DNA of 64,000 nucleotides from an uncultured Gemmataceae bacterium. Lineage in GTDB: Bacteria; Planctomycetota; Planctomycetia; Gemmatales; Gemmataceae. The notes beneath the pieces were generated by a model. The model saw only the letters and a list, made by a program, of their open reading frames with translations, was not told where the DNA came from and ran no database searches. Positions within the stretch are counted from its first letter, which is position 1. Each line of letters opens with the position of its first letter. Shown one piece after another: positions 10,678 to 18,612 of this stretch. The DNA lies in the NCBI GenBank assembly GCA_963750165.1, contig CAVVPN010000003.1, positions 640,001-704,000 on the forward strand. The letters run 5' to 3'. The position numbers were made by a program, and so were the translations under genes.

Positions 10678-11961
10678 GTGAGCGTCATCAAGTTCGAGGC
10701 GGGAATGCTCCGCACTTCCGAGTTGCTGTCCCAGGCTGTCCGGCCCGACCTGTACCGGATCAACGCCTTCCGCGTGGCCCAGTTACACGCCGGCGCCTCG
10801 CCGCGCGAGTTGACGCGCCGCCTGGAACGCATCAAGATGCTGGCCAAACTCGGCGGCCGGTCGCAGGAGCCGGGCGGCCCGCTGCCGTTGCAGCCTGCTC
10901 CCGACCTGGAAACCATGCGCGAGGCGCTGGAGCGGCTGCGCGACCCGGAGGTGCGGCTGCTCGACGAGTTTTTCTGGTTCTGGCCGGAGTCGTTCGCCGC
11001 CGCCCCCGAGGACGCAGCGCTGACCGCCCTGGCCCGCGGCGACGTGGCGTCCGCCCGCAAGCGCTGGCAGGAGGCACTGGAGCCGGCGCCGCAGCCCATC
11101 GCGCTGCACAACCTCGCCGTGCTGGCGCACCTGATGGCGCTCGACCTGGAGTGCCGGGCCATGCTGTCGCCGCAGACGCTGGACGGCTTCACTGCCCGGC
11201 TGCGTGACCAGTCCTGGGCGACCGCTTACCAGCACTGGACCGCGCTGGTCAAGCAGGGCGATTTCTGGCGGCTTCTGAAGGAACGTATCGTCCAGCTGGC
11301 GGAACCGCAGTTGACGCCGGAGTTGGCGGACGCGCTGCGCAGCGAACTGCCGATGACGTTGCTGGGCATCAACGCCCAGCTGGCGGTCGCGGCGGCGGCG
11401 CGCGGCCAGGCCGATGAGGCCCACCGGCACCGCGAGCTGGTCTGCCGATCCGGCTTCGATGAGCTGGACGTTGAGCAGGCACTGCGGCGAGCGCTGAAGC
11501 CGGTGCGCGACCGCCTGAAGTCGCTGAGCGAGAGCAGCAGTCAGACGCAGGCGGACGGCTGGCGGACGGCCCTGGAGTTGTACCAGCGCGTCGCCGGGCT
11601 GCCGCTCGGCCAGTCCGACCGCGACACGCTGCTGGACGATGTGGCGGAGGTGATGAACCGTGTCTGCTGGTTCTGCCAGACGCGTGTCGGCGAGTCGGGC
11701 ACCGCGGCGGTGGTGTGGCTCAACAGCCGCATGACACGCACGAAGACCGCCAACCGCGAATCGGTCCACTGGCACCGTTACATCGTGGATGTGCCGCGCT
11801 GCTGGCACTGCTACCAGGCGCACCGCAGCTGGGACGTGGCCCGGGCGCTGGGCACGCTGCCGCGCGGTGTGCGACCGGAGAAGGACAAGGAAGCATTTCC
11901 GACCATCGAACGACTGCGGGCCGAGGGCTGGGAGATCGGGGCGATTCCGGCGGGGGCGTAA
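10678..11961 (+). CDS. Hypothetical Hsp70-partner protein: N-terminal J-like domain lacking HPD, helical/TPR-like middle, C-terminal CxxC..CxxC Zn-ribbon
   Basis: NAFRVAQLHAGASPREL...MREALERLRDPEVR resembles J-domain helices I/II and III/IV; CWFC and CWHC near the C-terminus; first gene of a tight operon. Confidence 0.7.
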   Translation: MSVIKFEAGMLRTSELLSQAVRPDLYRINAFRVAQLHAGASPRELTRRLERIKMLAKLGGRSQEPGGPLPLQPAPDLETMREALERLRDPEVRLLDEFFWFWPESFAAAPEDAALTALARGDVASARKRWQEALEPAPQPIALHNLAVLAHLMALDLECRAMLSPQTLDGFTARLRDQSWATAYQHWTALVKQGDFWRLLKERIVQLAEPQLTPELADALRSELPMTLLGINAQLAVAAAARGQADEAHRHRELVCRSGFDELDVEQALRRALKPVRDRLKSLSESSSQTQADGWRTALELYQRVAGLPLGQSDRDTLLDDVAEVMNRVCWFCQTRVGESGTAAVVWLNSRMTRTKTANRESVHWHRYIVDVPRCWHCYQAHRSWDVARALGTLPRGVRPEKDKEAFPTIERLRAEGWEIGAIPAGA

Positions 11962-11968
11962 GCATCTC

Positions 11969-12337
11969 ATGGGCAACCTCACGGACTGGCAGCGCCTGCT
12001 GGCGGACCTGGCGACCGGCGTCTGGCGGCTGCGGCAGCGGCTGCCGGCCGCGGAAGACGCCCCGGACGGCGTGCGCCGCGCTGCCCGCGACGTGGAAGCG
12101 CTGTGGCGGCGGTTGCAGGAAGGCGGCGTCCAGGTGATCGACCACACCGGCGAGGTCTACGACGCCACCAAGTCGCTGCGTGTGATCGCCTTCGAGGCGG
12201 CCCCGCAGTTGCAGCGCGAGCAGATTCTGGAGACGGTGAAGCCGACGATTTATCACAACCAGGACTGGCTACAAACCGGCGAGGTGGTCGTGGGCATGCC
12301 CGCGCCACCACCCGCCGCCGACGAGGACCGCGCATGA
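11969..12337 (+). CDS. Minimal GrpE-like protein
   Basis: 122 aa from ATG 11969. 'GVQVIDHTGEVYD...ILETVKPTIYHNQDWLQTGEVVVG' resembles the GrpE beta-head (GExFDP...GY...R.A.V.V). Its TGA overlaps the Hsp70 ATG. Confidence 0.65.
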   Translation: MGNLTDWQRLLADLATGVWRLRQRLPAAEDAPDGVRRAARDVEALWRRLQEGGVQVIDHTGEVYDATKSLRVIAFEAAPQLQREQILETVKPTIYHNQDWLQTGEVVVGMPAPPPAADEDRA

Positions 12338-14832
12338 CCCGCGCCACCATCGACCTGGGTATCGACCTGGGCACCACCAACAGCTGCATCGGCCTGCTCA
12401 AGGGCAACGAGGTCGAAATCCTCCGTAACAACGACGGCCAGGAGTGTACGCCCTCCGCCATCTGGATCGACCGCAGGGACCGCCTGCACGTCGGCCAGCG
12501 CGCCAAGGAGCAGTACGAGGCCGACGAGGAGAACGCCTGCATCGAGTTCAAGCTGCAGATGGGCAAAGCGACCGAGCGCACCTTCCAGCGCGGCGGCCGC
12601 AAGCTGAAGCCCGAAGAAATGTCCGCGGAGGTGCTCAAGTCGCTGCTGAATGACGCCCGGCAGCGCCTCAATGAGGAAGTGCACGCCGCGGTCATCACGG
12701 TGCCGGCGGACTTTGACCTGCCGCAGTGCGATGCCACGCGGCGCGCGGCCCAGCTGGCCGGCCTGAGCAACAGTCCGCTGTTGCAGGAGCCCGTGGCGGC
12801 GGCGCTGGCCTACGGCTTTCAGAGCGAGAGCGATCAGGTCTTCTGGATGGTCTACGACCTGGGCGGCGGCACCTTCGACGCGGCGGTCATCCAGATGAAG
12901 GACGGCATGTTCCGCGTCGTCAACCACGGCGGCGACCGCCACCTCGGCGGCAAACTCATCGACTGGGCCATCGTCGAGCAGTTGCTGGTGCCGGCGGTGC
13001 TGCGCGAACGCAAGTTGCCGGACTTCCGCCGCGGCAACCCGCGCTGGAAGGCCGCCTTCGCCAAGCTGAAACTCGCCGCCGAGCAGGCCAAGATTCGCGT
13101 CTCGCGCGACAAGGCCAGCGAGATCAGCATCGACCCACTGTGCATCGACGAGAAGGGCGACCGCGTCGGCTTCGACTTCGAGCTGGGCCGGGCCGATGTC
13201 GAGTCGCTGATGGAGCCGTTTGTGCTGCGCTCGATCAACATCTGCAAAAAAGTCCTCGCGGAGAAGCGCCTGGGGCCGGACCACATCCAGAAACTGATTC
13301 TGGTGGGCGGCCCGACGTTGACGCCGTACCTGCGGCAGCGGCTGGCGGACCCGAAGGACGGCCTGGGCATCACGCTGGAGCACGGCGTCGATCCGCTGAC
13401 CATCGTGGCCAAGGGGGCGGCCATCTTCGCCGGCACGCAGCGGCTCGACGAGGTGCCGGAAGCGCCGCCGAGCGGCGCGGAGACGTTCAACTTGCAGCTG
13501 GAGTATCAGCCGGTCGGCAGCGACCCGGAGCCGCTGGTCGGCGGCAAGGTGCTGCCGCCGCCGGGCACAGACCTGGCCGGCTACACCATCGAGTTCCTGG
13601 ACGGCCACGCCCATCCGCCGCGGCGCAGCGGCAAGCTGACGCTGACGGCGGAGGGCACGTTCATGACGAACCTGTGGGCCGAAAAGGGTCGCACCAACAC
13701 GTACCTGATCGAACTGCACGACGCCAGCGGCCGCCGCTGCGCGACGAAGCCGGAGCGCTTCACCTACAGCATGGGCGTGGCGCCGACCGACCCGCCGCTG
13801 ATCCACTCACTGGGCATCGCCACCATCAACAACGAGATGGAGGTATTCATCCCGAAGGGGACCGCCCTGCCGGCCCGCAAGCGCATCGTGCAGCGCACGG
13901 GCATGGTGCATCGCAAGGGCCCCAACGGCGACGCCATCCGCATCCCGCTCATCGAGGGCGAGAATGTCCGCCGCGCCGACCGAAACCGCCACATCGGTAC
14001 GCTGGTCATCCGGCCCGACTCGTTCAAACGCGACCTGCCGGCGCTGAGCGAGATCGAGATCACACTGGAAATCGACGCCTCGCGCATGCTCCGCGCCCGG
14101 GCGTTCATCCCCATCCTGGACGAGGAGTTCGCGGAGATCATCCGCTTTCAACAGGGCTCGCCGGAGGTGGAGGCGCTGCGCAAGGAGGTGGCGTCGGAGA
14201 AAAAACGGCTGGCGAAGCTGACGCGCAAGGCGGAATCGCTGGAGGACGAACTGGCGCAGCAGCTGCTGCGCCGCATCGCCGACGAGCGCATCGAGCAGGA
14301 CCTGGACGCCGCCCTGGACGCCGCCGCCAACGACCCGGACGCCGCCGACAAGTGCGCCCAGCGCCTGCTGGATTTGAAATCGGCCGATGACGACGTGGAG
14401 TTCGCACTGGAGTGGCCGGCGCTGGTGTCGCAGACGCAGCACGAACTGGCCGAGCTACGCGGTCTCGTCGAGGAGCAGGGTTTGCCGCGCGACAAGCAGC
14501 AGTCGCACCTGCTGGAGCGCGAGGTGCGCAAGGCGCTGGAGGGCCGGGACCCGGACCTGCTGTGGCGCAAGTACAAGGAAGTGCAGCGGCTGGTGAACGT
14601 GCTGTGGTGGCAACGGCCGACATCGTTGGTGGAGGCACTGCACGTGCTGGAGGGCCTGCGCGAGAGCATGCGCGACCAGCAGATGGCCGACCAGTTGCTC
14701 AAGCGCGCCGACCGGGCCATGTACGAGAAGGACTACCCGGCGATGCGAACGGCCCTGCAGCAGTTGATCGGGCTGCTGCCGCCAGAGAAGCGCGGCCGGC
14801 TGCCGGGCTACGGCGGCACCACGCTGGGGTAA
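12334..14832 (+). CDS. Atypical Hsp70-family (DnaK-like) protein, 832 aa
   Basis: GIDLGTTNS, AVITVPADF, EPVAAALAYG, VYDLGGGTFD, LGGKLID, LVGGPT and VAKGAA motifs; SBD-like 'IPKGTALPARK..IEGEN..ADRNRHIG'; ATGA overlap start. Confidence 0.92.
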   Translation: MTRATIDLGIDLGTTNSCIGLLKGNEVEILRNNDGQECTPSAIWIDRRDRLHVGQRAKEQYEADEENACIEFKLQMGKATERTFQRGGRKLKPEEMSAEVLKSLLNDARQRLNEEVHAAVITVPADFDLPQCDATRRAAQLAGLSNSPLLQEPVAAALAYGFQSESDQVFWMVYDLGGGTFDAAVIQMKDGMFRVVNHGGDRHLGGKLIDWAIVEQLLVPAVLRERKLPDFRRGNPRWKAAFAKLKLAAEQAKIRVSRDKASEISIDPLCIDEKGDRVGFDFELGRADVESLMEPFVLRSINICKKVLAEKRLGPDHIQKLILVGGPTLTPYLRQRLADPKDGLGITLEHGVDPLTIVAKGAAIFAGTQRLDEVPEAPPSGAETFNLQLEYQPVGSDPEPLVGGKVLPPPGTDLAGYTIEFLDGHAHPPRRSGKLTLTAEGTFMTNLWAEKGRTNTYLIELHDASGRRCATKPERFTYSMGVAPTDPPLIHSLGIATINNEMEVFIPKGTALPARKRIVQRTGMVHRKGPNGDAIRIPLIEGENVRRADRNRHIGTLVIRPDSFKRDLPALSEIEITLEIDASRMLRARAFIPILDEEFAEIIRFQQGSPEVEALRKEVASEKKRLAKLTRKAESLEDELAQQLLRRIADERIEQDLDAALDAAANDPDAADKCAQRLLDLKSADDDVEFALEWPALVSQTQHELAELRGLVEEQGLPRDKQQSHLLEREVRKALEGRDPDLLWRKYKEVQRLVNVLWWQRPTSLVEALHVLEGLRESMRDQQMADQLLKRADRAMYEKDYPAMRTALQQLIGLLPPEKRGRLPGYGGTTLG

Positions 14833-14856
14833 GCGCGGTCGGATAAACCACCCGCC

Positions 14857-14900
14857 CGAAGCGGCAGCGCCGGGGCAGTCGTCCCGGCGCTGCCGCTTCG
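14857..14900. terminator. GC-rich hairpin downstream of the Hsp70 gene
   Basis: cgaagcggcagcgccggg..cccggcgctgccgcttcg. Confidence 0.6.
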
Positions 14901-15049
14901 AGCGGATGTGCGAGCGCCGCCAGCACCCGCGGTTGGCCGGACAACAGCAGGCGTCTGGTGGAGGCGCTGTTGCAGGAACTGGCGCAGGCGAAAAAAGGGA
15001 CGGCAACTAGGGCTCGCCCGCGCCACCAGGGAGGCCATTTTCCTGCCCA

Positions 15050-15586
15050 TCAAGGGGTAACAGGGCTCAGATCCTTGTCAATCCCCCAGATCTCTTCGCT
15101 GCCGGGGAACCGCTTGATCAGACGAGCCCGGCACGCCTCGGCCTGCTCCCGGGTGGCAAAACGCAGTTGCAGGTGGTTGTCCCCAAACAGGAGGGAAGCC
15201 CCCTCTTCAAGGAACGCTTGACGGCACTGCTCCGGTGTCACCGGGTCGGCGGGACGAAGGTGAGCCACTACCCGGTAGGGCAACATTCCAGACTCGTAGG
15301 CTTCCAGATAGGTCACCCCAATCGCCAAGGCAATGCGGTCGCCGTAATCCTTGCCTTCCGCCTTCTCATAGGCCTGGTGAATGGTAAACACGCGCTCTTC
15401 ACTCGGCACGTCTTCCCATTTGTCCCAAATGACGGTAACGCGCAGCGTGTTCGTCCGGGGGAACAGTTGTTCCTCAATCAGCGGCTGACCGACTTCACGG
15501 TTCGCAGTTAGCTCTACAGCGAGTTCCGCAACCAGCTGGGGGTAGTGAGAAGTCGGGGTTTCAGGGCTGTGTTTAATGCGTGGCAT
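15050..15586 (-). CDS. Hypothetical 178-aa protein, putative HEPN partner (BolA-like or degenerate minimal-nucleotidyltransferase-like)
   Basis: ATG preceded by GAGGT overlapping the HEPN gene stop; motif VTVIWDKWEDVPSEERVFTIHQAY. Confidence 0.6.
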   Translation of the reverse strand: MPRIKHSPETPTSHYPQLVAELAVELTANREVGQPLIEEQLFPRTNTLRVTVIWDKWEDVPSEERVFTIHQAYEKAEGKDYGDRIALAIGVTYLEAYESGMLPYRVVAHLRPADPVTPEQCRQAFLEEGASLLFGDNHLQLRFATREQAEACRARLIKRFPGSEEIWGIDKDLSPVTP

Positions 15587-15594
15587 CGGCAACC

Positions 15595-16094
15595 TCATAA
15601 CTGGTGGATGTTCTGCAGCAGCCAAACCGCGGCTTCCCTGATCCGGCGCACCTCGAAGGCGTAGGCGACGTTTTTATGATACCGGAGGAATTCACTCCAC
15701 AGATACTCAAAACGTTGGGTGTTGGCCACCACGAGGCCCCGAAGGTAGGGCTCGCTTATGCGAGCCCGGGAATGTTTGACCGAGTGTTAACCAGTAACTG
15801 AGCCCATGATTCCAGATGATGCAAATTACCGGCCCAGGAGAAGCCGAACTTGGCGGCGTTGGCCTTCGCCCCGTACAGGTCCGCCGGGGTAATGTGCTCG
15901 TTGGCCCGGAAGTTCACGGCACGGAAGTAGGCCGCCTTGAGCGTCATTTCCGCGGCATAGCCCCAAAGGTAAATTGCAGCAGTACGGCAGCCGGCCGCCT
16001 CCAGAGCCACACCATCCTGAAATCGCTGCCGGGCGGCGGCCTGAAACTCGGCGATGCTGTCCGGCTGACACCTGTGGAGCAAGCGCTTGGGCAT
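15595..16094 (-). pseudogene. HEPN-domain protein, interrupted by a 1-bp frameshift/TAA at ~15756
   Basis: 5' part has AIYLWGYAAEMTLKA and HHL. The shifted frame continues VVANTQRFEYLWSEFLRYHKNVAY...WLLQNIHQL*. The span is 500 bp, one base short of an intact frame. Confidence 0.7.
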
Positions 16095-16111
16095 TCCTGA
16101 TCCTTTACTGG

Positions 16112-16786
16112 TCACCTGTACTTGATGACCACGCGCGGCTGGCCGACCTTGCGGAAGCGCTCCAGCTCCGGATGGCTTTGCACGTACAGCTGCAGGGCCT
16201 TGCCGTCCCAGGTGATCGCCCCGCGGTAGTAGATCGCCTGGACACCGCCCAGCCGGGCGCTCTTGCCGACTTGCAGCACTTCCGCTCTCACCTCCGCCTC
16301 CAGTTCCTCCACCGCGCGGGCCGCGTCCTCCAGGTCCGCCGCGTACTTCGCCTCCAGCGCGTCCAGCTGCGCCCGCACCGCACTCAGGACGGCCTCGCGC
16401 TCCGCCTCGACCTGTTGCTTGAGCCGCTCGTGATACTGCCGTGCCTCCGCCAGTTCCTCAAATTTGCCGTGGACGATTTCGCTCGCTGGCTCGAACGGTG
16501 GCTCCTCGGCGGATGGTTCCGGCGCCGGCGCGGCCGGGGGCGGTTGCTGGCGGAGCTTGACCCAGACGCGCTCGAAGGGCGTCTCCGGCGCCGTCTCGCC
16601 GCGGGCCGCCTGCAGGAAATGCTGCTGTTCAGGAGTGACCGGCGCGATCACCCCCGTGGCCAGCGCCTCCATCCAGTGGCCGAAGCGGGCGAGGAGTGCG
16701 GCCTCCTCGCCCGTGAACGCTCCGGGCCACGGCGGCGTGTAACCCCTGCGCTGCAGATACACCGCATGATCGGTCGAGACGCCCAT
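16112..16786 (-). CDS. DUF413 (MaoP/YifE-like) domain fused to a coiled coil and a C-terminal domain
   Basis: FTGEEAALLARFGHWMEALATG..P.TPEQQHF.....GE..P.T.FERVWVK matches the DUF413 pattern; AAGGAGG RBS. Confidence 0.7.
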   Translation of the reverse strand: MGVSTDHAVYLQRRGYTPPWPGAFTGEEAALLARFGHWMEALATGVIAPVTPEQQHFLQAARGETAPETPFERVWVKLRQQPPPAAPAPEPSAEEPPFEPASEIVHGKFEELAEARQYHERLKQQVEAEREAVLSAVRAQLDALEAKYAADLEDAARAVEELEAEVRAEVLQVGKSARLGGVQAIYYRGAITWDGKALQLYVQSHPELERFRKVGQPRVVIKYR

Positions 16787-16809
16787 GACGCACCCTCCTT
16801 CGGGATCGC

Positions 16810-17331
16810 TCACTTCTTCTCCGGCGCGTCCCCGGCGACGAACGCCTTGCCCACCGTGGTCGGCACCAGGGCAGCATTGCGATTCGGCTGCTCGACCCAG
16901 CCCGCCAGCGGCACGTAGGCGCGTTTCTCCCTGTCCCAGTTGAGGGCCACCTGGCCCTTGACGCCGGGCACGAACGGGAAGCGGTGGACCTCGCCAACCC
17001 AGCCGTACATGCCCGGCCCAGGGCCGGCCGGCAGCATCACCCGCCGCGTCACCACCACCGCGTCATTTTTCTTGAGCGGACCCTTGTCGCTCTCCAGCAC
17101 CTGGAGCGTCACCTGCAGCGTCGCCGACCTGGCCTTGCCCTGCACCTGATAGTCGGTGCAGACCGCCGACAGCACACGCACCTTCGCGACCACCTCGGCG
17201 GTCTCGGCCGCCTTTTCGTACGCCTTCTTGTGGACGATTGGATTGATCGCCTGGGCGGCCAGCCGGGCGTCGCCGCCCCAACCGCACGCCAGCACTGCCA
17301 GCACTGCCACCGTCTTGAACCCGAAGCGCAT
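16810..17331 (-). CDS. Exported hypothetical protein (173 aa)
   Basis: Signal-peptide-like MRFGFKTVAVLAVLACGWGG; high-GC3 codon usage. Confidence 0.7.
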   Translation of the reverse strand: MRFGFKTVAVLAVLACGWGGDARLAAQAINPIVHKKAYEKAAETAEVVAKVRVLSAVCTDYQVQGKARSATLQVTLQVLESDKGPLKKNDAVVVTRRVMLPAGPGPGMYGWVGEVHRFPFVPGVKGQVALNWDREKRAYVPLAGWVEQPNRNAALVPTTVGKAFVAGDAPEKK

Positions 17332-17356
17332 GATGACTTCTCCCTGAAGTATCCCC

Positions 17357-17408
17357 GTCCGAGCCCGAGCGCCAGCGCGAAGCCCCGCGCTGGCGCTCGG
17401 GCTCGGAC
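17357..17408. repeat. 52-bp REP-like palindrome, copy 2
   Basis: Identical to 10478-10529 except for two central substitutions (gg to aa). Confidence 0.9.
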
Positions 17409-17584
17409 CCGATCGCTCGAACCGCGTCCCAGGATACCGCAGCGGTGGCGGCCGACGCAAGTAGCGAAAATTCCAGAAAAATCGCGGAAAAAGCGGCCAT
17501 CTGCATTTGCCCCGGTCGGGGCCGCCCGGTACCATGAGCCCAGTGTGTTCGCCTCCCAGGAAAAAACGGCTTTCACGGCGGCTC

Positions 17585-18553
17585 ATGGCACTCGCCAGTC
17601 AGACCATTGGCTTGCTCAAGGCGGCGGCGGCCCTGGTGCGCGAACTGCCCGGCGACGCCGTGCTGCTGCTGTGCGACAGCGACCTCGACTGGGAAGAAGT
17701 CACCTATCACCTGGGCGACTGCCGCGTGCTGGTCGCCACCACCGACCCCCAACTTTATCTGAAGTTGAAGGCCCACGCCGGCCTGGTGCCGCTGGAGATC
17801 GACGCCGGCCCGGTGCCGATCCAGGAGCGCATGAGCCTGGCCGTCCTCGAGGCGGTGGTGAATGAGCAGCTCCGCAGCGGCGCCCACCTGGTCACGGTCT
17901 ACAACGGCATCGTCGTGGACGAGGACGAGAGCCACAATCCCCTGGACAGCCTGAGTGTCATCCATCTGGGTGAGCATCTGGAGCGGCTCAGCGCCCAGGA
18001 TCTGCGCAAGCTGGACACGCAGGTGCCGCTGGAGACGCTGCGGGCGGTCGTTGATCTGGCGACCGAGATCGGCCGCGAGGGCCGCGAGGGCAAGCCGGTC
18101 GGCACCATGTTCGTGGTCGGCGACACCGCCAAGGTGCTCGGCATGGCCCGACCGCTCAACTTCAACCCGTTTCGCGGCTATTCGCGCAAGGAACGCGACA
18201 TCCGCGACCGCCGGGTGCGCGAGCAGATCAAGGACATCGCCCAGCTGGAAGGCGCCCTCATCATCCGCCGCGACGGCGTGGCGGTGGCGGCGTGCATGTA
18301 CATCGACACGACCGCCGAGGGGATCACGCTGAGCAAGGGTTTGGGTACACGGCACTGGGCGGCGGCGGCCATCAGCCGCAAGACCAAGGCGATTGCGGTG
18401 GCGGTCAGCCAGTCGTCGGGGACGGTGCGGCTGTTCCAGGGTGGCGAGGTGGTGTTGCACATCGAGCCGTTCGCGCGGCCGATGATCTGGCAGAAGTTCA
18501 AGATGGACGCCACCGACGGCGACGGTGGGCCACCGCCGCCGGTGATCCCGTAG
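17585..18553 (+). CDS. Diadenylate cyclase (DisA_N/DAC domain) family protein, DacZ-like architecture
   Basis: EIGREGREGKPVGTMFVVGD, AQLEGALII and GLGTRHWAAAAIS..T.AIAVAVSQSSG motifs. Confidence 0.85.
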   Translation: MALASQTIGLLKAAAALVRELPGDAVLLLCDSDLDWEEVTYHLGDCRVLVATTDPQLYLKLKAHAGLVPLEIDAGPVPIQERMSLAVLEAVVNEQLRSGAHLVTVYNGIVVDEDESHNPLDSLSVIHLGEHLERLSAQDLRKLDTQVPLETLRAVVDLATEIGREGREGKPVGTMFVVGDTAKVLGMARPLNFNPFRGYSRKERDIRDRRVREQIKDIAQLEGALIIRRDGVAVAACMYIDTTAEGITLSKGLGTRHWAAAAISRKTKAIAVAVSQSSGTVRLFQGGEVVLHIEPFARPMIWQKFKMDATDGDGGPPPPVIP

Positions 18554-18612
18554 CGTTTTTCTCCCCTCGCCCCCTTCAGGCGGCGAGGGGAGTTAGAGGA
18601 AGGAGCCCCATC

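Noticed and set aside
12334..14832. Housekeeping dnaK
   Set aside because: Lacks the DVLLLD linker, has an inserted domain and a divergent C-terminus, and has non-canonical neighbours; symbol not assigned.
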